Shown here in pieces: positions 1 to 9,241 of a stretch of DNA of 64,000 bases; position 1 is the stretch's first letter; each line of letters opens with the position of its first letter. The notes beneath the pieces are model-generated. The model was not told the origin of the DNA. It did not search any database and saw only the letters and a list, made by a program, of their open reading frames with translations. Source of the DNA: a bacterium (GTDB taxonomy: Bacteria > Omnitrophota > Gorgyraeia > Zapsychrales > Fredricksoniimonadaceae); NCBI GenBank assembly GCA_021783915.1, contig JAJXTI010000001.1, forward strand, positions 1,540 through 65,539, given 5' to 3'. The position numbers and the translations under genes were made by a program.

Positions 1-1612
1 CAAATTTTTCAAAATAAGTCCATCGGTCATAGCGGGGACGGTTGCCTTTATAGAAAAACCACTTGATGTTATCGACAAAGTCTTTCCAGTCTTTGCCGCG
101 TGGCACCAAAGAATTAGGGCCATAAAGGAGCCCTTTGTCTTTTTGGACAATGAGCTTGTAAGACATCTGTATCAAGTGAAACAAAAAATACCCTATGGTA
201 ATAAGGCCACACACCCTGTGAAAATACCTGGTCACTTCCATGCCGCCTAAAAATGAAGCCAAGGCCTTTGCCCAAGGGGCGTAATAGTATTTCAAAGGGA
301 GACCTGTCATGACAAGGCCGAGGAAAGAGGTGACAACAACCCCGTGAAGCCTTCGCTGCAAATCGGAAAAACGACGGACGTACTGCTGCGAGTCTCTGTC
401 CACGACGAATTCCCGGCGGATGATCGCCACCACGCTCCTTTGAAACCATAAAAGCGTGTGCACTCCCCAGAAACCAAAGACACAGATCATTAACCATTTC
501 ATGAACTGGAATGTGTAATAGATAAGGGGCGAGCTGTCCTTGTCTTGCGGGTTGGCGTGGGGATCGTACCCAATGAAACGGTTGTTGATGTTGTTATGGC
601 ATTTGGCGCAAGTGGCCCTTAAATTGGCCTTGTTAACGCTCGACCGGGGATCTTTCGCAGGTAAAATTTCATGGGTGCTGTGGCAATCCACGCACTTGGC
701 AGATCTCATAAAACCTAAAGAAGTCGACTGCCCATGGAATGTGTCTGAATACGTGGCCACCTTGCCATGGTGGCAATGCCCACATTCGCCGGCAATGGCC
801 ATCCGCGACTGTTTGGTCTGCGTTTCATCCACGCCGTGTTCGCTATGGCAAGAAGTACAGACCGGAGCGTCTGGGCGGCCAGCCAGCCATAATTTTCCAT
901 GAATGCTTGTTATATATTGTTTGTAAATACCTTCATGACACTTGGCACATGTCTTGGGAACATTTTTCTTGGAAACCTCCGAATCCGGGTCAGAAGCCGG
1001 CTGTATTTCATGGGCCCCGTGGCAGTCCGCGCAAGTGGCCGACACGTTAAGCCCTTTAAAATGAACCCCCCTGCCATGGACACTGGTCAAATATTTTCTC
1101 ACAAAATCCGCTTTAGGAAGGTCCGGGTATTGCTTGAGGATTTCTTTATTAGTATGGCACTTCAGGCACCCTCCATCACTTCTTAGGTGGTTGGCCAAAG
1201 ACCGGGGGTCTTTAATGCTGAAAATATCATGCTTGCCGTGGCAATCCGGGCAACCAGGTAAATTAGGTTTGCCTTGCTTGGCAAGTTTGGAATGGATGCT
1301 TAAGGCGAATTTTTTTCCAACGTCTTTATGGCAGGAAGAACAATCGACTTTAGCTAGTTTCTCGGCGTGGGAGGTGTCTTTGACATCGCTATGGCAATCC
1401 ACACAAGCCAGCTTATTGTGCACGGATTCATTGAATATTTTTTGATCTATGACAGGGTCATTGTCCGCGTGGCAATCAAGGCACGCCTGGTTAGTCAATT
1501 TCTCCTGTGGTTTCTCTTGCGCTTTCTCTTGGGCGTAAATAGAGACCGCAGGGAAGGACAAAACAAAGGCCCAGAAAACCACCACAACATGTTTTTTATA
1601 TTTAATATTCAT
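1..1612 (-). CDS. multiheme cytochrome c (about 11 CxxCH) fused to a C-terminal di-heme cytochrome b membrane domain (CbcL-like, HydC/FdnI family); partial, 3' end runs off the window
   Basis: Hand translation of the minus strand from ATG at 1612 gives MNIKYKKHVVVVFWAFVLSFPAVSIYAQE, a signal peptide. Eleven in-frame CxxCH motifs were checked (His codons at 1469, 1391, 1328, 1238, 1154, 1019, 935, 845, 770/767, 680, 596). Downstream is a hydrophobic domain with conserved His (WGVH, RRLH, YFHRV, FHLIQ). No stop in this frame down to position 2. It is absent from the ORF track because it is incomplete. Confidence 0.8.
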   Translation of the reverse strand, partial: MNIKYKKHVVVVFWAFVLSFPAVSIYAQEKAQEKPQEKLTNQACLDCHADNDPVIDQKIFNESVHNKLACVDCHSDVKDTSHAEKLAKVDCSSCHKDVGKKFALSIHSKLAKQGKPNLPGCPDCHGKHDIFSIKDPRSLANHLRSDGGCLKCHTNKEILKQYPDLPKADFVRKYLTSVHGRGVHFKGLNVSATCADCHGAHEIQPASDPDSEVSKKNVPKTCAKCHEGIYKQYITSIHGKLWLAGRPDAPVCTSCHSEHGVDETQTKQSRMAIAGECGHCHHGKVATYSDTFHGQSTSLGFMRSAKCVDCHSTHEILPAKDPRSSVNKANLRATCAKCHNNINNRFIGYDPHANPQDKDSSPLIYYTFQFMKWLMICVFGFWGVHTLLWFQRSVVAIIRREFVVDRDSQQYVRRFSDLQRRLHGVVVTSFLGLVMTGLPLKYYYAPWAKALASFLGGMEVTRYFHRVCGLITIGYFLFHLIQMSYKLIVQKDKGLLYGPNSLVPRGKDWKDFVDNIKWFFYKGNRPRYDRWTYFEKF

Positions 1613-1676
1613 CCTAGACTATATTAAATATAAAATCCCCTTCTTGTCTGTGATAAGAATCACATCCGTTGGGACC

Positions 1677-2825
1677 CTATGGTTTTGTACCATTTATCAA
1701 ATAACTTCTCAGGGCCGGGTTTTTGAGTAAACTCCCGTAGTGAAAAACAACACAAGCGCCGCCGCCCGATTTTTCACATATATTAAATTCGTGGACAAAA
1801 ACAGACGGTGAATTCTCCAATTTATATGCCCCTTCAGCAATGTTAACTTTTGAAAAGTTTAAAACTTTTTGTTTTGCCTCCAAAATGTTTTTTTCAAACC
1901 TTGGAATTTCATCAGAGTAATCCATAATCGTCACAAAATCCACGAGACGGCTGTTGAGCCATGAAGGCCAGTCCTGGAACGCTTCCCTGTAGGCCCGCGT
2001 ATAGGAAACGCAGGCTGTTGTCGATATTTTGATGTTGGGACGCAGTTCCCGTGTCTTTTTGACAAGCCTCCTAAGTAACCCCGTGACCTGGTCGCGCTTC
2101 CATTGTCTCCAAACAGCATTGTTCTCGTCAACTGCTTGGCGGCCCATCTTTTTTTTAAAACGTTCTATATTGATTTTTGTATAGCCATACGCGGGGCGCG
2201 TGTCTGGGTAGCGAATATAATCAAATTGTATCCCGTCCAGGTCAGGGTAAGCCCGTAAAATCTCCTCCACGATCCTCGAAAGGTCTTGGCCCACGCGAGG
2301 GTCTCCAGGTTCAAGAAAATACTGTCCATCTATTTTATAGTCTTCCAATTTCTTCTTTCTTTTCAGGTTTCTGGTCAAAATTTCCGGGCCGTATTTTTTA
2401 AGAAATAAGGCCCCCTTGTTGTTGCCAAGACTTAATAGGTTGAGCCAGGCATGGACTTGTAGGCCTTGTCTATGGGCCTCTCGTATCAAAAAACCAAACG
2501 GGTCGCCTGAAAGACCCTTACGGCAAGTTTCATAATGGGTGGCGTCTGCCATTTTCGACGGGAACCAAGCCTGGTCCGCACGGTAAATCTGCACAAAAAG
2601 GACGTTGATATGGGCCCGTTTCGCGAAATCGACAAGGTTTATGATGTCTTTCCGGCTTGAAAAAACGGAAGGGTCTTGCGCTACCGAAACAAAGAGTCCT
2701 CTCTGTGGGGCCTGTTCTGCCTTGACAGGGACAACAAGTAAAAATGACAGGCATAATAAACACAAGACTGTTCTTTTTAAGATAACATCTTCCAAGAGAA
2801 GGCGGTGATTCAACAATGGGAGCAT
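1677..2825 (-). CDS. glycoside hydrolase-like GHL10 (DUF4015, YngK-like) secreted protein
   Basis: ORF 1677..2885; likely start at the internal Met before a signal peptide (VLCLLCLSFLLVVPVKA). Sequence resembles the GH10-like TIM-barrel family (DGIQFDYIRYP). Confidence 0.55.
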   Translation of the reverse strand: MLPLLNHRLLLEDVILKRTVLCLLCLSFLLVVPVKAEQAPQRGLFVSVAQDPSVFSSRKDIINLVDFAKRAHINVLFVQIYRADQAWFPSKMADATHYETCRKGLSGDPFGFLIREAHRQGLQVHAWLNLLSLGNNKGALFLKKYGPEILTRNLKRKKKLEDYKIDGQYFLEPGDPRVGQDLSRIVEEILRAYPDLDGIQFDYIRYPDTRPAYGYTKINIERFKKKMGRQAVDENNAVWRQWKRDQVTGLLRRLVKKTRELRPNIKISTTACVSYTRAYREAFQDWPSWLNSRLVDFVTIMDYSDEIPRFEKNILEAKQKVLNFSKVNIAEGAYKLENSPSVFVHEFNICEKSGGGACVVFHYGSLLKNPALRSYLINGTKP

Positions 2826-2832
2826 AACGCGA

Positions 2833-3693
2833 TTATATACCAAAAAGCGCTGCTTCCTTTGCCAAAATTGCTTTCTTGCGGACAATCCCCCACCGGTACC
2901 CCCCTAAGTGCCCGCCTGAACGAATGACCCTGTGGCAAGGAATTAAGTAGGCAATCGGATTCTCCCCAATGGCATGGCCTACTGCTCGTACCGATCGCGC
3001 ATGCCCGATTGACTCGGCCACGGTCGCATATGTCGCTAACTTGCCGGGTGGGATCTTTAAAATGGCCTCCCAGACTTTAATCTGAAAATTGGTCCCTTGG
3101 CATAGTAACTTCATTGGAGAAAATTTCTTCATTCCCGTCGTCCATGGAGTGAATATGCGTCGAACATACCCTTGAGTGCGTTTTTGATTCTGGGCAAGAC
3201 TGGCTTTGTTCCACTGTTTACGAAACTTTGCCAACATGTTTTTACGAGAGGATTTTTCTACAAAAGAGAGCCCGCAAATGCCCCTGTCTGTCAAGGCAAT
3301 GAAACAATCTCCCAGAGGGCTTGGGTGAAATCCATACTCAATTTTTGGCCCCTGGCCTTTATGTTTATACTCCCCCGGGCTCATGGCTTCATACTTGACA
3401 AATAAATCATGCATGCGGCCCGGGGCCGAAAGCCCCGCGGCGTAAGCGGCATCCAGCACACTGGAATTCTTTAATACGGCTCTGGCGTGTTCTTTGGTCA
3501 GAAATTGCAGGAACCTCTTTGGGCTGACTCCTGCCCAACGTTGAAAAATACGTTGGAAATGATATTCGCTGACCCCGGCAACTTTGGCAATGTCTTTCAA
3601 GCCTGGATGGTTTTCAAAGTTTTCTTGCAAAAAACGGATGGCTTTTTCTATGCGGACATAATCTTTTGACAACTGTATTCTATCATCTTTCAT
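2833..3693 (-). CDS. ada: Ada-like bifunctional regulator: AraC-type HTH plus O6-methylguanine-DNA methyltransferase domain
   Basis: C-terminal PCHRV active-site motif (IPCHRVIRSGG) of MGMT. N-terminal AraC HTH (IAKVAGVSEYHFQRIF). Start taken at MKDDRIQ, with GGAGAGAG upstream. Confidence 0.7.
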   Translation of the reverse strand: MKDDRIQLSKDYVRIEKAIRFLQENFENHPGLKDIAKVAGVSEYHFQRIFQRWAGVSPKRFLQFLTKEHARAVLKNSSVLDAAYAAGLSAPGRMHDLFVKYEAMSPGEYKHKGQGPKIEYGFHPSPLGDCFIALTDRGICGLSFVEKSSRKNMLAKFRKQWNKASLAQNQKRTQGYVRRIFTPWTTGMKKFSPMKLLCQGTNFQIKVWEAILKIPPGKLATYATVAESIGHARSVRAVGHAIGENPIAYLIPCHRVIRSGGHLGGYRWGIVRKKAILAKEAALFGI

Positions 3694-3767
3694 GGGCGTC
3701 TCTCTCCTCGGACTGATTATACTTGTCCAGCGGAATCGCGCCACCCAATTCTTGCGATGAAAGAAAC

Positions 3768-4025
3768 CTATTGCCCTAGAAGGACACCATCAATGGAATA
3801 CCTCTTGATTGGCCCTACATGGATGCCATTTCTATATCTGCCCTGCTCTTTTAATTTCCCGTTTGGCCAATAATACTTATACGCTCCATTAAGCTGTTTT
3901 TTGTTGTTATATCTTACTACCGCTTTAATCCTTCCGTTGGGATAATGTTCTTTCATCACTTTAGCAAAACTTAAGCCGGTGAACGTAAGGACCAAAATAA
4001 CCGCTAACATTAAATATTTTCTCAT
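3768..4025 (-). CDS. small secreted MORN-variant repeat protein (YwqK-like)
   Basis: Signal peptide MRKYLMLAVILVLTFTGLSFA followed by YxNGxxK/GxYxNG repeats. Confidence 0.5.
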   Translation of the reverse strand: MRKYLMLAVILVLTFTGLSFAKVMKEHYPNGRIKAVVRYNNKKQLNGAYKYYWPNGKLKEQGRYRNGIHVGPIKRYSIDGVLLGQ

Positions 4026-4125
4026 TGTCCCCCCTTAATAAAAGTTGCCCTATTTGGACGAGTTTCGCAACTGGCTTTATTATGATTTGCCCGAGGAAAA
4101 ACATTTAATTCTTGCCTAATTGCCT

Positions 4126-4332
4126 CTATTCCTCGGCCTCTTCTTTTACCAGCTTGCCGTCCTTTAGGTAAAAAACTGCTTTATCAATCGGACACTCATA
4201 ACCAAATTCGGGAGAATCCTGCCGAACAACACAACCTCCCAAAAGATACCCGCTCGTGTCCTGTTCAGGAGTAATATACCCGTAAAGAACGGGCTTTTCA
4301 ATAAGAGTTGTTGAATGCTCGGGGCAATTCAT
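4126..4332 (-). CDS. hypothetical small protein, possible Cys/His metal-binding
   Basis: 68-aa ORF containing CPEH ... GGC ... ECP. No family recognised. Confidence 0.3.
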   Translation of the reverse strand: MNCPEHSTTLIEKPVLYGYITPEQDTSGYLLGGCVVRQDSPEFGYECPIDKAVFYLKDGKLVKEEAEE

Positions 4333-4461
4333 ATTTAAAGCCTCCCTGTCCCCGCATTAAATATCTTAAAAATCGTTTATGCCTTTTTCACTATTGGCAA
4401 ACATTATACTTTGCTATAAAATGAGAATCAATTAAAACAAATCACAATCCCCATAAATATA

Positions 4462-5580
4462 ATGGCTTATTACAAAACGACCAATAATCATACAAAGAGA
4501 TTCACTAAAAAGCATTACGCCTTGGTAATAGAAGCTATCCGGCATGAATACCTCAACAACCCTTTGCCTCATACCGAGAGCTTTAGCACTCTCTTGGGCG
4601 TTGCTTCACAAACGATAGATGACTATAGACCCCAAGGCATTCCAATAAATCTAAATATTCCTGAACACTCCACGTTAAAAGAAATCCCCTTAGACCTCGT
4701 TGACCAAGTCATAAGTTGGTTAGAATTAGTTGATAAGGCTGTTTATGACCGCTCTGCCAGGGATTACGAACCGCACACACCGCTCGGAAGAATACCAATT
4801 AGCACCCGCAAGGAACCTAATCGTTTTTATCTTATCATTCCTGATTCTTTTAATAACTGGTATAACGGATATGCTGTTCGTCGTGATACCGCCCTTAATG
4901 ATTTAAGTGCTTTAAACCTTGAAAAGATATTCAACCTGGTCATGGACATCAACGATCAATTACAAATGAAACCAACTGAAGAGGTGGTCATAGGAATCGA
5001 CTCCCTCAATATAGACAAATTCCCTTTAATGAGCAGTCACATCATAGGGGATTCAAAGATTATGACCAGCTTCCGGCAAGATGCTTTGGACTATATGGAA
5101 CATGAATTTCTTATTTCATATTCTAAAATCGTCCCTGAGCTCGATAAAATTGCAATTAAACTAAATATTGAAGAATTTACCGCCTTCAAAAAGGAACTCG
5201 CATTAGTGTTTAAGGCAAGGGCTTCCCCATCCAAAGAAGATGCTGAATTAAAAAATGAGGTTTCTTATACCGTTACATTCAACGAAATGACTGGCGAAAT
5301 CCTAATCAATGACAAGGTATTTAAAAAAACTAACTTAGACAGCCTCGCAGACAGCGTTTTTACATTCCTGCATAAAAACCCAAACCGGAAAATAACAATC
5401 GGCGAGCTAAAGAAGGCGACCGGAAAACCCATTAAGGACTTACCAAAAGTAATCGAAAACGCTGGTTTTACAGGCAATCGGCTACGGGCATTTTTCAGAG
5501 TTGGCAAAGACGCTATCTATTTTAGGCCACAAGTTACCAAAGCCGATTTAGAAAAATTAAACATTTCATCCCTTGATTAG
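4462..5580 (+). CDS. hypothetical protein (island cargo)
   Basis: 372-aa ORF after an AT-rich promoter-like stretch. No recognisable motifs. Confidence 0.5.
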   Translation: MAYYKTTNNHTKRFTKKHYALVIEAIRHEYLNNPLPHTESFSTLLGVASQTIDDYRPQGIPINLNIPEHSTLKEIPLDLVDQVISWLELVDKAVYDRSARDYEPHTPLGRIPISTRKEPNRFYLIIPDSFNNWYNGYAVRRDTALNDLSALNLEKIFNLVMDINDQLQMKPTEEVVIGIDSLNIDKFPLMSSHIIGDSKIMTSFRQDALDYMEHEFLISYSKIVPELDKIAIKLNIEEFTAFKKELALVFKARASPSKEDAELKNEVSYTVTFNEMTGEILINDKVFKKTNLDSLADSVFTFLHKNPNRKITIGELKKATGKPIKDLPKVIENAGFTGNRLRAFFRVGKDAIYFRPQVTKADLEKLNISSLD

Positions 5581-5661
5581 TCTTTTTCTTCCCTTAAACA
5601 GCCCTTAAAATTCCCTAAGTAGCCCTATCTCTCCCCAATATCCGTTCCACTATCAAACGCC

Positions 5662-5853
5662 ATGCTACCCTATTTTTGTATGGCGAAATATCCTAAAGAA
5701 TACCTTGAAAAAACAATCCGCCTCTGGCAACCGTACAGCCCAGAGCCATTGACCCTTGAAGACGCCCAGGAAATAGCGGACAACGTCATCGGCCTTTATT
5801 CTTATTTAATCGAACTCAAACAAAAACATGACCAAAAAGAACCGAACCTATAA
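5662..5853 (+). CDS. hypothetical small protein
   Basis: 63-aa ORF between island genes. No motifs. Confidence 0.25.
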   Translation: MLPYFCMAKYPKEYLEKTIRLWQPYSPEPLTLEDAQEIADNVIGLYSYLIELKQKHDQKEPNL

Positions 5854-6355
5854 CACAAAATATATTAAGGCACGGGACACCTACACGGTAAAGGAACTCG
5901 CTGAAGCAATGCCTGTTCATCCAAGAACGGTTCAAGCCTGGAGAAAGCAAGGTCTGTCGCCAGTGGCCGAGGACATGGGCTATCTTCTATTTTTAGGATT
6001 GGAGATTATTCGATTTTTAAAAGTTAAGCGTCAAAAACATAAGCATCCTCTTACCCCAGGGGAATTTTATTGTGTTACCTGCCGACAGCCGAGACACGGG
6101 CAGGCAGACAGCGTCTCCATTGTCCTTACAGGGAAGCCTCTTGGAAAATCTGCTAAACAAGCCTTCATTCGAGGCATTTGTGAAACTTGTGGCCGCCCGC
6201 TCCTGCTGTTTTCCTCTGACCTAAAAATAAGAAAAATGATAGATGGCGGATTGCTGTCCAAAGAACATCAAGCGGTATTATTGGGGGCTGATGATGGCTC
6301 CGTAAACACTGACATTAGGGGAGGTCAAAATAATGAAACTCAATTTAAAAAATGA
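5828..6355 (+). CDS. HTH (excisionase/MerR-like) DNA-binding protein with CxxC...CxxC zinc ribbon
   Basis: YTVKELAEAMPVHPRTVQAWRKQGL is a helix-turn-helix of the excisionase HTH_17 type. It has CVTC...CETCG and sits immediately upstream of the tyrosine integrase. Confidence 0.5.
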   Translation: MTKKNRTYNTKYIKARDTYTVKELAEAMPVHPRTVQAWRKQGLSPVAEDMGYLLFLGLEIIRFLKVKRQKHKHPLTPGEFYCVTCRQPRHGQADSVSIVLTGKPLGKSAKQAFIRGICETCGRPLLLFSSDLKIRKMIDGGLLSKEHQAVLLGADDGSVNTDIRGGQNNETQFKK

Positions 6356-7391
6356 ACTCATCAAACGTAAGTTTTACCGTCGCTTGAAAGAAGCCGAAGG
6401 CATGGCCGAGGCCACTGTTGCAAATATTAAAAAAGCCGTTTTGCTCTATGAAGACTTCACCAAACAAGCTGACTTTATAAAATTCAACACCGATAAAGCC
6501 GTTGAATTTAAAAAATGGCTTCAAAAACGGGAATTTCGGGGTCAAACAATTTCTCTTACTACCTATCACAGCTATTTGCGGTATTTAATAAAATTCTTTA
6601 TATGGCTTTCGGGCGAGCCAGGTTATAAAAGCAGGATAACCCCAGACAAGATAGCCTATTTAAAATTGTCCCGCAAAGAGGAACGGATTGCCACTCAATA
6701 CATTCCCTGCAATTTCCCATCTCTGGAATATGTCCGAAAACTGGCTGACTCCATCCAAATCAACTGTGAAGTGGATATGCGGGATCGGGCTTTGATTGCC
6801 TTCGCCCTTTTAAGCGGGGCAAGAGACAAGGCGTTAGCCACTATCTCCCTGGGGTGTTTTGACGAAGACAATTTAATCATCAACCAAAATCCCCGTGCGG
6901 GCGTTGAAACGAAATTCGCCAAATTCATTGTTACTACCCTGCTCTGCTTTGATGAAAAACTGCTGGGCTTTGTTATCGAATGGGTCAAGTATCTAAAAAC
7001 TAAAGGCTTTGGCTTCCAAGACCCGCTTTTCCCCCGCTCCAAAGCAGACCAGGGAGAAAACAATTTGTCCTTTGAAAGTGCTAAGGACGTTGAGCCTGCG
7101 TTCTGGAAAACCACTGGACGGATAAGGGCGATTTTCAAAAAACGGGCGGAAGAGGCCAAAATGCGCTACTTCCCTCCGCACACCTTTAGACACGCCGCTA
7201 TCCATTTAGGACTTAAATCCTGCGTCAATGGGGAACAAATAAAGGCCATCAGTCAAAATTTCGGACACGAAAATGTAGCCACAACACTATCTTCATACGC
7301 AAATTATGATTCCACGACACTTAACGGCATCATAAGCCGTATTGACTTCTTGAAAAATCCGCCTGGAGAAAACAAACAAAATAACATTTGA
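6333..7391 (+). CDS. tyrosine site-specific recombinase/integrase
   Basis: C-terminal catalytic signature: ALLSGAR ... HTFRHAA ... LSSYANY (R...HxxR...Y). Confidence 0.75.
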   Translation: MKLNLKNELIKRKFYRRLKEAEGMAEATVANIKKAVLLYEDFTKQADFIKFNTDKAVEFKKWLQKREFRGQTISLTTYHSYLRYLIKFFIWLSGEPGYKSRITPDKIAYLKLSRKEERIATQYIPCNFPSLEYVRKLADSIQINCEVDMRDRALIAFALLSGARDKALATISLGCFDEDNLIINQNPRAGVETKFAKFIVTTLLCFDEKLLGFVIEWVKYLKTKGFGFQDPLFPRSKADQGENNLSFESAKDVEPAFWKTTGRIRAIFKKRAEEAKMRYFPPHTFRHAAIHLGLKSCVNGEQIKAISQNFGHENVATTLSSYANYDSTTLNGIISRIDFLKNPPGENKQNNI

Positions 7392-7413
7392 CAACAGTAT
7401 AAAACGCTATATT

Positions 7414-7638
7414 ATGCAAAGAAAGGAACAAATCATGCCAGACCTCATCCGTCGACTCGATACCTACCGTCTGGAAAATAGAATTTCCCAGGAAGAACTT
7501 GCCCAACGGCTGAAAGTCGCTTTTTCGACAGTCAACCGCTGGCTCAACGGAAAATCGAAGCCAAACAAAATCCAAAGTTACCACATTGAAAAACTTGTAA
7601 AAACCGCCGCCAGGAGATCAAACAATGGCAACGCTTGA
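7414..7638 (+). CDS. XRE-family HTH regulator, candidate R-M controller (C-protein-like)
   Basis: 74 aa; ISQEELAQRLKVAFSTVNRWLNG is an XRE HTH. It overlaps the start of the downstream mod gene by 14 nt. Confidence 0.55.
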   Translation: MQRKEQIMPDLIRRLDTYRLENRISQEELAQRLKVAFSTVNRWLNGKSKPNKIQSYHIEKLVKTAARRSNNGNA

Positions 7639-9241
7639 TTTTAAGGGTAAGTCTATCATCCAAAACTATCACCTGACGGTTAAGTATCACGAACTTTTGC
7701 CTCAAAAATCCAAAAGTATGACTGATAAGGTAAGCCTTAATGATAATCTCATCATCCACGGCGATAACTTAAAAGCCCTGAAAGCCCTTTTGCCCACGTA
7801 TGCGGGAAAGGTCAAATGTATTTATATTGATCCTCCCTATAACACGGGAAACGAAAACTGGATTTATAACGATAACGTCAATTCCCCCATGATGCAAGAA
7901 TGGCTCGGCAAGACCGTTGACAAAGAAGACCTCACTCGTCATGACAAGTGGCTCTGCCTGATGACCCCAAGATTAAAATTATTAAAAGACCTGTTAAAAG
8001 AAGATGGCATAATATTTATCTCAATCGACGATAATGAAATACATCGACTACGATTACTCATGGACGAACTATTTGGGGAGGGAAATTTTATTGCTCAATT
8101 AGGCTGGCAAAAAGTATACAGCCCCAAAAACCAATCAACCTACTTCTCCAATGATTATGAGTTTGTTTTATGCTACGCAAAAGATTTATCCAAAATAGAA
8201 ATAAACCTATTGCCAAGAACTACCGAGATGGATTCAAGATATAAGAATCCTGACAATGATCCTCGGGGAGATTGGAAATCTGGCGACCTGATTGCCAGTG
8301 AGGAACGCAAAAATGGTCACTACATTGTTAAAAGTCCTAAAACTGGAAAAGAATTTGACGCGCCTCCAGGAAAACATTGGTCATGCTCAAAAGAAAATAT
8401 GGAAAATTTCTTAGCTGATAACCGTATCTGGTTTGGTAAAGATGGTACCGCCTTCCCAAGCATGAAACAATTTTTAAGTGAAGTAAAACAAGGTCGAAAA
8501 GCATCAAGCCTACTAATGTATAAAGATTATGGACATACTGACGAAGCTAAGAAAGAAATAAAAAGCATCTTTTATGATTCTGAAAAAATCCCGTTCGATA
8601 CGCCAAAGCCTTTAAAGTTAATCAAAAATCTTATTACCCTTGGTTCAAACAAGGATAGCATTATTCTGGATTCATTCGCAGGAAGCGGGACAACGGGTCA
8701 CGCTGTTTTAGATTTAAACCAAGAAGATGGCGGGAAACGAAAATTTATTTTGATCGAATGCGAAAATTATGCTGAAAAAATTACATCTGAAAGAATTAAG
8801 AGAATTATTGAAGGTTTGCCTAAATCTACCGATATATCTTTAAACAAAAAATTAAACGGGTCATTCAGTTATTTTGAATTAGGCAAGCCTATTGAAATGG
8901 AAAATATTTTATCGGGTAAGAATCTGCCTACCTACAAAGAATTAGCCAGGTATATCTTCTACACAGCAACGGGCGAAGAATTTGAAGAAAAAAAGATCAA
9001 CGAAAAGCGTCAATTTATTGGCGAGTCCAAGAATTATGAAATATTTTTGCTCTACAATCCAGACATCACCTCTTTAAAAAAGACAGCCCTGACCCTTGAA
9101 TTGGCAAACAAGCTGGGAGAATTTAAAGGCAAACGCCGTCTTGTTTTTGCGCCGACAAAATATCTGGATAATGAACAGCTAAACCAACTCAAAATTGATT
9201 TTGCCCAACTACCATTTGAAATATACAAATTCGCCGAATAA
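7625..9241 (+). CDS. mod: Type III restriction-modification DNA methyltransferase (Mod, beta-class N6A/N4C MTase)
   Basis: Motif IV DPPY (IYIDPPYNTG) lies N-terminal to motif I FAGSGTTGHAV, which is the beta-class order. It is followed, with overlap, by a Res helicase-nuclease gene. Confidence 0.85.
   Translation: MATLDFKGKSIIQNYHLTVKYHELLPQKSKSMTDKVSLNDNLIIHGDNLKALKALLPTYAGKVKCIYIDPPYNTGNENWIYNDNVNSPMMQEWLGKTVDKEDLTRHDKWLCLMTPRLKLLKDLLKEDGIIFISIDDNEIHRLRLLMDELFGEGNFIAQLGWQKVYSPKNQSTYFSNDYEFVLCYAKDLSKIEINLLPRTTEMDSRYKNPDNDPRGDWKSGDLIASEERKNGHYIVKSPKTGKEFDAPPGKHWSCSKENMENFLADNRIWFGKDGTAFPSMKQFLSEVKQGRKASSLLMYKDYGHTDEAKKEIKSIFYDSEKIPFDTPKPLKLIKNLITLGSNKDSIILDSFAGSGTTGHAVLDLNQEDGGKRKFILIECENYAEKITSERIKRIIEGLPKSTDISLNKKLNGSFSYFELGKPIEMENILSGKNLPTYKELARYIFYTATGEEFEEKKINEKRQFIGESKNYEIFLLYNPDITSLKKTALTLELANKLGEFKGKRRLVFAPTKYLDNEQLNQLKIDFAQLPFEIYKFAE

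Noticed and set aside
540-1627. Plus-strand ORFs 540..902, 739..1050, 899..1186, 1134..1445, 1367..1627 and minus ORFs 114..497, 715..900
   Set aside because: All lie antisense or out of frame to the verified multiheme cytochrome frame (in-frame CxxCH series), and their translations are low-complexity.
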